From NCBI RefSeq assembly GCF_009914755.1, contig NC_060929.1: a stretch of DNA of 64,000 nt. The stretch is one strand, 5' to 3'. A model generated the notes under the pieces. That model was not told the origin of the DNA, did not search any database, and was given only the letters and a program-made list of their open reading frames with translations. This DNA comes from the human T2T-CHM13v2.0 reference genome, Homo sapiens. Shown in pieces: positions 25,660 to 39,430 of the stretch; the first letter of the stretch is position 1, and every line of letters starts with the position of its first letter. Both the position numbers and the translations under genes were made by a program.

Positions 25660-26264
25660 AGCTTACTCTTGCTGGCTCTAAAAATCGCAATTTATGCAGT
25701 CCACAAAACCTAGCACATAGTAGGTATTCAACACGTGGTTCATAAATTTTAAATGAATTTGGCCATTGATAATAATGAAAAATAAAGATGTGTATATAAA
25801 ACTTAATAACCCCAGGCATTATGTTTTCCAATAATTTCAACTTTCTCTACTCCAGCAGCCAATAAGGAGGAAAAACTGAGTAATTAGAATTCACCGCTTC
25901 TCCCTTCTATTGGACATGCTTAGGAGCAGTGGAACAGCAAAAAAAGCAAGAATGATGGGGAGAGGTGAAGTCAGTAAATGACAAAAAAGCAAGTTACAAA
26001 AATGAATAATCACTCTCTAAGTAATACAAGTTGTACAGTATTATGGATAATTACCATTTCAGAAGCACTTTAACAATGAGTATCATTTGCAAACAGCTAT
26101 GACTTGCATAGTTGTCAAGGGTTCATTTCCTAATCTCCCCTAATTGCACTCATTGTACAGCCAAAACTAATTTATGTATGACACAGGGCTGAGGTCCTCC
26201 TTTAATGTCAAGTATACAACTGGGATATGACAGTTTATCCCGTGTTAAGTACTACTGGGAGACA

Positions 26265-26510
26265 ATAAGCAGTAAGAGGATAATTGCGTAGGCACAGAAG
26301 CCAAACTTCTGGCTCAAGGCTCGACTCCACTAGCAACTAGTTTTGACCTAATGCAAAGTTCCTTATCCACTCTGCGCCTGAGTTTCTATCTGGAAAATGT
26401 GGATAATAGTAGTATCTTCCTATAAGTATACATAAGTTCACATACGTAAAACACTTGGGAAGAATGTCAAGAACATGATAAAAGTCAATGAAAGTTAGCT
26501 ATTATCATTC
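26265..26510 (+). mobile_element. MIR SINE
   Basis: GACTCCACTAGCAACTAGTTTTGACC...CTGAGTTTCTATCTGGAAAATGTGGATAATAGTAG. Confidence 0.75.
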
Positions 26511-27031
26511 ACTGTGTAAATGAATGACAAGAATTAATAGAGCAAGAAGCAATTGCCTCTACATAGGACAAAGTGTAAAAGTCAGGGAAGACTTCAAAGA
26601 AAAGGTAATGGTTAAGTCTGAAGGTTTGTTATGAAGGAATGGTGGAAGAGTACTTCCAGCAGGGAAATGGAGGTGCCTGGTATATTCCAATAGTGTGTAT
26701 TCCAGAAGCGGTGGAAAATGAACCCAGAACCTTGGAGGTTGGGATGAAGATTTGTAAAAACTTCAGAATTTTTTAAACTTCAGGTAATTAAAGATTTTGA
26801 AGGTTTTTAAACTTGAAAGAGACTTGACTAGGCCTCATATTTAGAAGGAACCTGGGCAGCCACTCAAGCTAAATGTGAGATAACTGTAACAGCCAGACTC
26901 ATTGAAGTCTGCAAGTACACTATGAGGCTATCACTGCTAGTTATTTAAATCTTATGATGCACTAGGCAACCAGGCACTGTGCTATTGTATGTATATATAT
27001 ATATATGTATATATACACACGATTTATAATC

Positions 27032-27317
<286 letters not shown>

Positions 27318-27559
27318 CACATCTGTAATTGGCTCCCACCAATGTCTAATCTTTAATGCAACTATGTAAAATAACTATTTGCCATTATACAAAATTATAC
27401 ATTACACATAAACAAAAGATCAAGAAGTTTGAGTAATCTACCCAACCAAGCATAGCTGGTAACAGGCATAGATAAGTCTTCAAACATTCAGGTCTCCTGG
27501 GTGCCAAAGCTCTCCTTCTTTCCACAAACACCTGCCTCCCTCCTGAGTCTGTTCTGTGG

Positions 27560-28020
27560 CATCAACCTAAGACAGTCAGTCAACAATGAGAACCTGAATA
27601 AAGGTGTCTACAGTGTAGATGAAGAGGGATGATTGCTTACAAAGACGCTTGAGGTCTGCAATTTAGAGATGTTTTGAACAGGGGCTTTGTGAAAATGCAA
27701 GATGTTAAAAACAATTCTAAATTTCCTAGCACGAATAATATACTTTACAGTATAGAAGAGAGGTGTTTGGTGAGAAAGATACTAGAGTTAGTTTGAAGAT
27801 TTGGTAGGCTTAAAGTGCCCATGGGACATCCATTTGGAATGATCTAGTTTTCAGGTAGAAATAGAGCTTGAAGCTCTGCAGAGGTTAGCCTGCAGAAAGA
27901 CTTCTGAGATATCAAGCATTAGGTGATAGTTGGGAATACAGAAAGAGAAGTTTGCACAGGGAAAACACATGAAAGAGTAGGAGAAAGAGAAAAAAGAGCT
28001 TTTGTGAAAGACACTGGATT
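27560..28020 (-). mobile_element. L2 fragment
   Basis: GATGTTAAAAACAATTCTAAATTTCCTAGC...GAGTTAGTTTGAAGAT...AAGTGCCCATGGGACATCCA are L2-like. Confidence 0.6.
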
Positions 28021-30755
28021 AAGTTTTTAATCCCTGAAAAGCCAGTAAGTTGAATCCTTGTAACAGTTACTTGAGTGTGCCAAACTACTGAGCTGTCATA
28101 ATATCCATTAATGACAGACATTTTTCAGTTCTTGACTGTATTCCGAGGAGTCAAATGTATTAAAAACATGCAAGTCCTTGCCTTCCAAACTTATCAAACA
28201 CCTCTTTTATAGAGTTCATTGACCATCAAAATCTCTCTACAAGAAAAAAAAACTAGAATTACAATATTAAATATAGACAAAGAATTTGTGTACAAAATAG
28301 GAGCTCTGCAACATTATTTGTCAGGCTGGAACATAGATTCAGCTCTCCTAATTTGTACTCAAGAACATTATTCAATGGAGTGACTGCATCTGTTGACACA
28401 ATGTGCATCTGTCCCTCCTTGGGACTGAAATGAAACCAAATCAGTTCACACTGTTGTCTTGATAGCTCTAAAATTATAATTGCTATTTAATCACTACTAA
28501 ATTGGACTTGGCCTTGAATTCTTGGCAAGTGTTTTTATTACATTAGTAATACACTGAACTTCTCTTTCTTCTGTCTCTTCAGCCAAACATTCTGTAATGA
28601 CAATACACAAAATATTATTTTTGTAAAACGTTGACTACAGTGTATGGCAAATAAGGTTATAGTTAAGTAGGTTCTTTTTATTTAAGATGAATAATGATAT
28701 CATTAAGCATCATGATAATGTAAAACTAAATAACAAGTGTAATCCTGATGAAAATTGTTTTCCAAGTAAAATTCCCTTTTGAATGGCAGATCAACTTTAC
28801 TAATATATAATATGTAAATTATGAAACTAAAATACATCTCACATTTGTGTTTAAATTATATAGGTTGATTTCTGCTCTACAAACACATTGCTACCAGCTT
28901 CCTTGGTAATTATATTCTTACAGCCAGTGAGAAAAAAGCATTTCTACATTCTAATAAAGAACAATAAAAACTATGGTTTGATTGTGCACTTTTGATACCT
29001 ACTTAGGAATAGTAAATAGCAAATTATTAACAAACAAATTATTTTAAAGTAGGATACATTTTAACTGCATTAAAGCATAAAAAACTAAACTATAACATTG
29101 GCTGAGTCACTTTAACTTCTAGGCTTCAGTTTTTTTAACCATATAATGAATGATTTCTTAAAATAATTTCAAAGTTCTTTCTAGTTCTAATATTTTAATG
29201 TGAAGTGGCAATACCAAGGCATAGTACTGAAGAAACTTTAGATTCAATTTCCGGGATCACTCAAGACCACTCCCAATGAACGTACCAATAAGAACAATGG
29301 TCAACTAAGCAAGTGCCAAGTTCAATGTCAAGTTCACCATGCAACCATCTAGCAAATTGCTGTCCCAACCTTCTCTGATGTAGATATTCTAGACTGGAAC
29401 TGCTCATACTCTTTAATCTTTCGTTGCAATATTTTTTACATGTAATGATAAAGCTTGTACCAAAACAAATATTTGTCAATTGAGGAGCATTTTAAAGCAC
29501 ACCTTCATAATTAGAAAAGATAAAGGGTCATTTTCTTTCTTTTCTATAATACAAGACAACTGAAAGAAATGTTATAATATTCCTTCCACTGTGTACATTT
29601 TGAATTTTCATCATTCCGCAAAACTTTAAATTTGTGGTTTAAAGTTTTAGTGTGTTTCCCATGAGGACACAGGAGTTGCACTAACAAGTCTTTCTTTTCA
29701 AGGTCACTGACACATGCAATTGAAACATTTGGGAGATAATTCTGCATTTGATTTCAGAGACAGAAGTTAAATTAAAATAAGCATATTGAGATGCACTAGA
29801 TGCTAAATTATTTGCTCAGGTTCTGTAACTAGGAAACTTGAATTATCTAGTGCCCCAGGCACTGAGATATTAAAGTTTTAATATAAAAAGCTCTGCTTAT
29901 GACTTTGCCCTGATGACTTCTTGTCACTCATATGCCAAAAAAGCCCATTTGGAAAAGCACACCAGGTCATGGGCAATAAGTAATTAACTGTGCTTTACTT
30001 AAAATCTTTTATTATACAAGCCAGAGACTCTGTTTCCCAATGACATTAACTTACTTGAAATGAATAATACATGGCAAGAAATTGGTCACTGCAGTTCAGA
30101 AAGGGGATTTGAGTCTGTTTTAGTAGATTGTTCAGACAAGGCAAAGGTAATTCTCATTAAAGTTTTGAGCATGTAGTCATAGACATGCTCAAATACATAC
30201 ACAGAATAATTATGTGTACCTCCCAAAAGACAAAGAACATTAATAAAGTTACCTCACACACATGTCAAGGATCAGGCCTAAAGGAAGTGATTACAGCATA
30301 TAACAATTTTCTCCAAATGTCCCTTCAAGTGATCTGATTAAATTTCATCATATGCTGAGATATTCTCTCCTTTTACATATTTTGAAAAGGTACTGGGTAT
30401 ATAACAAGCTTATGGGAAGATGAAGATAAAGGTTGAAATATTTTTTGTCCTTTTCTAAGGTAAATTCTTTCATTTGGTTATTAAATATCTAATATATTTA
30501 TTTTGTCATAAAACATCTAACATATTTACTTAAGTGACATCTAAATACATCCTTTAATGGGCAACTATTAAAGAAAATCAAACCGAATACTATTTTCTAT
30601 CATGGCTAACCCATCTGACTACTTTCTTTGAACACTATATTGACAAATCTAAGCATATCTTAGTGTTCAAAGACTTCAATAATAAGAGTGTTCTATAATG
30701 CTAACTTTGCTGTTTTATCAAATCTAAACTGCTTACAATATTTTCACTGAAGTTT

Positions 30756-31062
30756 GTTTTTTTTTTTTTTTTTTTTTTTTTTGAGAAGGAGTCTCGCTCT
30801 TTCACCCAGGCTGGAGTGCAGTGGCATGATCTTGGCTCACTGCAGGCTCCGCCCCGCAGGGTTCAAGCCGTTCTCCTGCCTCAGCCTCCCACGTAGCTGG
30901 GACTACAGGCACCCACCACCTCGCCCGGCTAATTTTTTATATTTTTAGTAGAGACGGGGTTTCACTGTGTTAGCCAGGATGGTCTTGATCTCCTGACCTC
31001 GTGATCTGCCCGCCTCGGCCTCCCAAAGTACTGGCAGTACAGGCATGAGCCACCGCGCCCGG
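30756..31062 (-). mobile_element. AluY-like
   Basis: Long poly-T plus Alu reverse complement; short TSD GAAGTTT. Confidence 0.96.
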
Positions 31063-31602
31063 AAGTTTTGAACAGTTATTCAGCAGTTAAAATAGATCAC
31101 ATATGGACACATCCATTTCTTATAAATTAATATGTACTTTTTGCAAGAAAAATATTTCTGCTTTTGTGCAATAATGTTTTTATATAAATATTAATGCACA
31201 TGAGAAAATAATAAAAATGGTCTAAAAGATTAGATTTTTAATAAAAATATGTTCCTTAAATATTCTTTGTAATTTGCTCTTTATTTTTTAAGTGAATCTT
31301 CTAAAATTTGTCACAACAGTAATAAATTTTTATTAAGGATCTCAGTGAGATCTAACACCTCAAAATATAACTTCATTGCTTTTTTAAGAAATCAAAAGTG
31401 ATAAGGCACAAACTTCTCATACAATCTCCTGAAGACAAAGACTTCCTACAGTTGTTCTTCATAGCTGTTACTCTAATAAAGGTATTTAATACTTGTTGGT
31501 AATATCAATGGTCACATTTTAAGTCATAATATTTTGGTTTTCATTTTCTAAGAGGAAGGAAGAATGTTAATATAAATAAATACATAGATAGGTAGATAGG
31601 GG

Positions 31603-31631
31603 TGTGTGTGTGTGTGTGCGTGTGTGTGTGT
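31603..31631. repeat. (TG)n interrupted microsatellite
   Basis: Read directly from the sequence. Confidence 0.9.
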
Positions 31632-32819
31632 ATGCACGCGCATGTTACATGTTTTCAATCTCTTGTTTAGTTTTTTGCCCTTGGGTGGTCAAATTAAATT
31701 ACTTTAATGTTTTCTTTTCCAATACAGTGACCAAATGAAAGGCTTACTAGACCAAATGCAGAAAAATCACTTTAAAACACTGTGTAAACTGCAGATCAAA
31801 GTATTTATATTCACCAAACCATACCACTCAACTAATCTCTTATCCTTATGCATGAGCTAAACTCAATTTAGGAATGAAGCCTATCTCTCTCAGCCTTATA
31901 CCATCCAATGTTTCAAAGACAATTCAAGCCAGGTGGTTTATAGACTATACAAGTTAATAGTAAATATAGATAGAATAAATTCATTACATCGTTTTGTCCT
32001 GGAGAGTGGCATCCTGCTGTAGGAGCACAGGATATAAGACAGCACAGAGGGAACCCAGATACGTGGTCATACAGGAGAAAAGAGCAGTTTATTATTTCAC
32101 AAAACACCCACGTTAGTAGCTGTTAATTCCTTTATGTGAGAACCTACCATCGGAAATTCTAATATCTACTTAGAATTACTTCATAATTTTAGAAGCAAAA
32201 CAGAAATAATGGTTACATCCTCCTATTATCAGATATATTATTGCTTGAGTATAAAAATATTGAAACATTGGTACACAACTCATCAAGTACCAATAGATGA
32301 ACGGGAGTCTTGGTTAATTGTTAGGAAGAGATTTTCCAAATGTCTATATGTAAGCATATTTCTATGGCATTCTAAACTGGCATTGTTTTAGTAGAGACTA
32401 ACAAATGACAAGTAGTAATTGTTTTTCATTTTGAATATGTGCACATATATCATGTCCAGTTCTGAATCATTATGCCTGAGTTTGTACAATTAATTTATTC
32501 CTAGTCTCCTTTATCTAAAAAAACAAAAAAAGGTACAATGTAAGAACTTTAGTCAACCAAATAAACAGACTTTGGGGTTAGACAAACAATTTAAATTTTA
32601 AATTAAGTCAGTGAAATGCACAAAAAGATTTCACTCTTAGAATCTCAGCTGTATAGATATCTGTTCTAATGCTGAAATACTCAACTATCTCAAATACTCA
32701 ACTTCAGTTCAGGTAGAGAACTTCCTTTTTCTGCAGAAAAAGCACCTCAAAAGTATGTTTATGCAGCTTTAAACATTTGATAAAGCTAATCTGCTTAATT
32801 AGCAGCAAAGAGTTAATCA

Positions 32820-32997
32820 AAGTAGTTCTCAAGCTTCAGTGGATAGGACTCCTCCCAAGAGCTGATTACCAGGATAGTTTTGTGGGTCTTATCCTGAGAG
32901 ATTCTGATTAGGTCGGTGTGGGTTTGAGTTCAGGAATTTGCTTTTAATCAGTACCCAAATTGCTAGTGATGCAGAGGGCACACTTTGAGAAGCACTT
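32820..32997. mobile_element. MER5-family hAT MITE
   Basis: Termini AGTAGTTCTCAAG / CTTTGAGAAGCACT; internal GAGATTCTGATT...CAGGAATTTGCTTTTAA. Confidence 0.8.
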
Positions 32998-33489
32998 ATG
33001 TAAAAGGCAGGAACCAAGATCTGGGTAATTCCTACCATATCAGTCTACTTACGTTGTTACCACAAGTGCTTACATTTAAAGTTGTTGAAGGATATTAAAA
33101 TGATGAGAAATTTTTGTGAAAAGCATGATAACCTATCCAATGTTTACTCTGACATGGGTAAGGTTCTCAAAGCCTTCCTGTTTCTTTTTTCTCTCTCTCC
33201 TATGTCCATACACACATGCACATACATACATACACACATACATATAATTTATTGATTTTTCTATTTAAAATTAAAGTAAATCATAAACCTCAACTTTCAC
33301 AATTCTTAATATGGGTATTTACAGGTTAAAAAGTACTATTTCAGCAATTGGCTGTTTTTCTATTAATCCCATCTGCAATGACCTAGAAAGTAAAACATGT
33401 AAAAATATACATTGGAAGGCAAAAAAGAGCACTCATCAAATTTTGAAAGCTTTAAATAGCCATTATTTGAGAGTGGGAAGATGGGAACA

Positions 33490-35140
33490 GACAAAGGGTG
33501 TTATGCCAACAAATATTACAATTTAGATGAAATAATTAAAATCACTTAGAACTTACAAAGATTGACATAAGAAAAAATTAAAATCTGAATTCCTCTATAT
33601 TTATAAAATAATTCAATGTATAATTAAACATTTTTCCACAAAAAAAACTTCAGGTACAAAGGCATAAACAATTTATTCTAACCAAATATGCAAGCAGAAA
33701 TTAGGCATAACTTAAAAAATCACTTTCAGAACAAAAAAAAATGAAACCACTTAGGTTTATAATATCAGCATGATTTTGATAACAATCACAGAAAGCCATA
33801 TCAAGAAATTTACAGACAAATCTCTCCAAGAACACAGGTACAAATATCTTCAACACTGTATTGGTAAACAATTTAGCAAGATATAAAATAGAAAAATATC
33901 ATGACAATATTTGTTTTATTTTAAAAACGCAAGGCAATTTTAGCATCTGAAAATCCATGTATGTCATAGCACTAATATTCTAAAAAGAAAAAATACTTGA
34001 CCATCCAAATTCAATACTGTGCATGACAAAAACTAAATTAAGAGGAAGAAGATTATCATTAATCTGATAAGGAGAATCTTTTAAAAACTGCGTTGTACTT
34101 AAAGAGAAATATTAAAAACTTTTCTCCATGATTGGGATTGAGTGTTATTATAGCTCTTTCCATATTATATTGAAGACACAATACGATAATAAAAACAAAT
34201 GGTTGGAAAAGAAAGGTATCCATAGTTAATCACAGATATATTCAATAGATATTGAATAGACTCAGTAGATTATCTTACAATAGCATCAAATATATCTTAT
34301 ATTTAGGAACAAATCTAACAAAAGATATGTCTGCTCACTACAAAAGATTTAGAGAAATTAAATAAAACCTGAATAAATAGAAGAATATATTAGTGGATTC
34401 AGACAATATTATAAAGATGTCAGTTTTCTCCGAATTGAGGCATAGATTAAATTCTGTTCCCATAAGACCACCAATGGAATTTTTATGAAAATTGACAGGC
34501 TGATTTTAAATTCTGGGTAAAAACACAAGGGTAAAACTTCAAAGACTGAAAATACCATGTGTCAGTGACAACCACTTCAGAAAATTATTTGGCAAAACAG
34601 ACTAAAATGGGAAATAAACACATCCTATGACTCAGTAATTCTATTCTTAGGTATATACCCAAAGATATACAAGACTGCACATAGAAGAATGTTACTTAGT
34701 AAGAATAAAAACCTGGAAAAAACCCAAGTGATGATCAAAATTTGAATGGATTAATAATTTGTATTACTTTTTATAATGAAATTCTTTACAGCAATAAAAA
34801 TGAACAAACTTCTACACACAGTAATATGGATGAATCTCGCCATGTTGAGCAAGGAAGCCAGACACAAAATAGCACATACTATGTTATTTATGTAAAGTTT
34901 TAAATGAAGAAAAACTAATCAGTATGCTATAAGTCAAAATAGTGGTTATCTTTAAGGTGGTACAGGAATAAAGGCAAGACCCTCTAGGGTGTTAGTTTTC
35001 TTTTGCCTAATCCGGATGGTAATTAAATGGATGGTAATTAAATGGGTAGGTTCACATTGCAAATATCTCTCAAGCTGTACGCTTGATTTGTGTACTTTTC
35101 TGAATATATTATGTATTTCAGTAAAAGCAATTATTTAAAA
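33490..35140 (+). mobile_element. Ancient L1ME-type LINE
   Basis: Highly decayed ORF2-like A-rich sequence ending in an L1ME-like 3'UTR (TGGATGAATCTC...AAGCCAGACACAAAA...TTTGTGTACTTTTCTG). Confidence 0.8.
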
Positions 35141-35582
35141 ATATTACACTACTATTAATAATTTTAAATAGTATTTTAATAGTAAATATTAAATAATTTA
35201 ATAAATAATATTAGATATTTAGTAGTAAATATTAAATATTTACTATTAAAATAATATTATAAATTATTTTTTAATTTTTGAATCTCATTTAGACTTGGTT
35301 GTAATTATTCAGCCCTACCTTTTATAAATCTGCATCCAATATAAATGAGTATAATTATTCCATATATTGTGACTATGAAATAATTACACTCATAAGTATT
35401 GACCATGGAAATCATTTTAATTTCTTCAAAGTTACATTACACATTGGGAAGGCTATATAATAATAGCTGTTAAAAAGGCTGGTTCTGTAATAAGTTTACA
35501 TAAATTTAAACCTGAGTTCATGATTTACTAAAATGTGATTTTGGGAAAGCTATTTAAACTCTTTGTGCAAAAGAGAGATTCT

Positions 35583-35718
35583 GGCCCGGTTCACTGGCTC
35601 ACACCAGTAATACCGACACTTTGGGAGGCTGTGATGAGTTCAGGAGTTTAAAACCAGCCTGAGCAACACAGCGAGACTCTGCCTCTACAAGAAAAAAATT
35701 AAAAATCAGCCAGGCATG
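35583..35718 (+). mobile_element. AluJ left arm, interrupted by L1PB
   Basis: Alu 5' half ending AAAAATCAGCCAGGCATG; continues at 37880. Confidence 0.88.
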
Positions 35719-37466
35719 ACTTTCATCACTTCTTCTCAAATAGTACTGGCAGTCCTATGTCATAGGACTAGTCCCATGTCCTGTGTCCTTTATCTAGTCC
35801 TATCCAACAAGATAAAGATAAAGAAATAAAGGGCATCCAAATTGGTAAAGAGGAAGCCCAACTGTCACTGTTCATTAATGATATGATCATATACCTAGAA
35901 AACCTTAACGACTCATCCCAAAAGCTCCTAGATCTGATAAATGAATTCAGTAAAGTATCAAGGTACAAAAATCAATGTACACAAATCAGTAGCACTGCTA
36001 TACACCAACAGCAACCAAGCTGAGAATCAAATCAAGAATTCAACCCTTTTTACAACAGCTGCATAAAAGATAAAATACTTAGGAATATACCTAACCAAAG
36101 AGGTGAAAGATTTCTACAAGGACAACTACAAAACACTGCTGAAAGAAATCATCAACAACACAAACAATGGAAACACAACCCATGCTCATGCATTGGTAGA
36201 ATCAATATTGTGAAAATGACCATACTGCCAAAAGCAATCTATAAATTCAATGCAATTCCTGTCAAAATATCATCATCATTCTTCACAGAACTATAAAAAA
36301 CAATTCTAAAATTCAAATGGAATAAAAAAGGAGCCCACATGGCCAAAGTAACATTAAGCAGAAAGAACAAATCTGGAGGCATCACATTACCCAACTTCAA
36401 ACTATACTACACGGCTATAGTTACCAAAACAGCATGGTACTGGTATAAAACCGGACACACAGACCAATGGACCAGAATAGAGAACCTTGAAAAAAAGCCA
36501 AGTACTTATACACAACTGATCTTTAACAAAGCAAACAAAAACATAAAGCAGGGAAAGGACACCCTATTCAACAAATGGTGCTGGGATAATTGGCAAGCCA
36601 CATGTAGAAGAATGAAGTTGGATCCTCATCTCTCACATCATACAAAAATCAACTCAAAATGGATCAAAGACTTAAATCTAAGACCAGAAACCATAAAAAT
36701 TCTAGAAGATAGCATTGGAAAAACTCTTTTAGACATTGGCTTAGGCAAAGACTTCATGACCAAGAATCCGAAAGCAAATGCAACAAAAGCAAAGATAAAC
36801 AGATGGGACTTAATTAAGCTAAAAAGCTTCTGCACAGCAAAAGAAATAATCACCAGAGTAAACAGACAACCCACAGAGTGGGTGAAAATATTTGCAAACT
36901 ATGCATCCAACAAATAACCAATGTTCAGAATCTACAAGGAACTCAAACAAATCAACAAGGAAAAGCAAATAACTGCATCAAAAGTGGGCTGAGGACATGA
37001 ATAGACAATTCTCAAAATAAGATATACAAATGGCGAACAAACATGAAAAAATACTCAGCATCACTAATTATCAGGGAAATGCAAGTCAAAACCACAACGC
37101 AATACAACCTTACTCCTGCCAAGAATGTCCATGATTAAAAAATCAAAAATAATAGATGTTAGTGTGGCTGTAGTGAAAGTGGAACACTTTTACCCTGCAG
37201 TTGGGAATGTAAACTAGTACAATCACTATGGAAAACAGTATGGAGTTTCCTTAAAGAACTAAAAGTAGAACCACCATTTGATCCAGCAATCCCACTACAG
37301 GGTATCTACTCAGATGAAAATAAGTCATTATATGAAAAATATACTTGCACATGCGTGTTTATAGCAGCACAATTTGCGATTGCAAAAATATGGAACCAGC
37401 TCAAATGCCCATCAATCAACAATAAAGAAAATGTATACATATATACATATATATGTATATATACAC

Positions 37467-37507
<41 letters not shown>

Positions 37508-37879
37508 GCAAAACTACCCAGCCATATACATATAAGGGAATGAAACAATGGCATTCACAGTAACCTGGATGCAGTTGGAGACCATTATTGTAAGTGAAGT
37601 AACTCAGGAATGGGAAACCAAACATTGTATGTTCTCACTTATAAGTGGGAACTAAGATATGATGTTGCAAAGGCATAGATTGATGTAATGGACTCTGAGG
37701 ACTTTCAGGAAGAGTGGGAGGGAGGTGAGAAATAAAAGACTACACACTGGGTGCAGTGTACACTGCTTAGGTGATAGGTGCACCAAAATCTCAGAAATCG
37801 CACCTAAATAAGTTACACATGTAACCAAACACCAACTGTTCCCCCAAAAACTATTGAAATAATAATAATAATATAAAAT
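35719..37879 (+). mobile_element. L1PB (about PB1), 5'-truncated
   Basis: ORF2 remnant including the 192-aa ORF 36339-36917 ([12 protein letters not shown]...WYWYK...[10 protein letters not shown]); L1PB 3' end CCCCCAAAAACTATTGAAATAA. Confidence 0.95.
37431..37505. repeat. Compound (TA)/(TG)/(TA) alternating purine-pyrimidine tract
   Basis: 75 bp of unbroken RY alternation. Confidence 0.95.
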
Positions 37880-38055
<176 letters not shown>

Positions 38056-38254
38056 GAGACAAATTTTTCTTTTCTTCATCTTTAAAATAAGAATGATAAT
38101 ATTACTTACACCAAATATCGTTGTGAAGATGAAGTGACAGAATACATTTAAAGCCCTGAAAGCAATAGTTATGCATAGCAAGTATATGATAAGTGATAGT
38201 GCAAGATGAGAGATACAAAAAATGTAGTCTTTCCTATAATTAAAAATCAGCAAC

Positions 38255-39430
38255 TCTGTATACATGCATGGATTAGTATGTAATCATACACTTACTTCCT
38301 CTGTAGTTGAGAGGGCATAGACTTAATAACATCCAAAAACAAGCACACCCAGTACCCAGATCTTGGTGCCTAATATCTTTCTCCAATAAAAGGAATCACA
38401 GATTCTTAGGGGAAATGGCTGAATCTAGGACTGGAGCAAGAAATACACAAGATGAGCCTGGAGCATCCCGTAGTGCCAGAAAGTGAAGAAGTGCTCAATG
38501 AAACCCCACAATGATGGGGGAAATGCAAAGGGACACAGGAACCAGCTGAAAGCTGCCAATGGCCAAAACTAAAGAAATTTGAACAACGAAATAAAGTAGT
38601 ATTATGTTATAACAAAATTTATGAAATAAATATCCTTGAGTCCATACTGACATAAATACATGGTCTTAAAAAAAACCAAATGGGAGAGGATAGACAAATG
38701 TCCTGTGCTTAAAAAATTCCAAATAATTTGTGCAAATACTCTGCCTCAAAGAGATGGAGCATAACTCCTCACTTCTTACACGTGGGCTGAGCAAAGTGGT
38801 TTGCCTCCGAAGAGTACAGTATGGAAAAGAGAAAAACAAGAAAGAGAAACTCTTCAGTAGAGACACCTGAGAAACAATACCTCAGCCAGGTGATCAACTT
38901 TAGCATCAACAGTGATACATTATGTTGCTGGTATGTATCCTTGATAGGATTTGATCAGAGTGCCAGTTAACTTTTGTGGTTTTCCTACCAAAAACCCATA
39001 ACCCCAATCTAATCATAAGAAAAATATTAAGCAAATCCCAATCTGGGGACATTATATAAAATACCTGACCAATACTCTTCAAAACTGCCAAGGTCATCAA
39101 AAACGAGAAATGTTTGAGAAACTGTCACAGTCAAGAGGAGCCTAACGAATTAACTTAACAACGACTTCACGTAATGGGGTATCCTGGATGGTATCCTGAA
39201 CCAGCAAAACGACATTAGATAAAAATTTAAAAAACTCTGAATAAAGTATGAACTCCAGTTAATAATAATATATTGATACTGAATCATTAATTGTGAGGAC
39301 TGTATCAAACCAATTTAAGACACTAATAATAAGAGAAACATGGCGAGGAGCCTAAGGGAACTCTCTGCACTATTTTGAAAATGTTTTTGTAAACCAAAAA
39401 CTATTCTAAAATAAAAGTTTATTTTAAAAG
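38255..39430 (+). mobile_element. L1MC3-like 3'UTR
   Basis: CCCAGATCTTGG...GAAATGGCTGAATCTAGGACTGG...GATGAGCCTGGAGCATC...CTATTCTAAAATAAAAGTTTATT. Confidence 0.85.

Noticed and set aside
36339-36917. Longest ORF (192 aa) as a gene
   Set aside because: It is an L1 ORF2 C-terminal remnant in a 5'-truncated L1PB with flanking frameshifts and stops.
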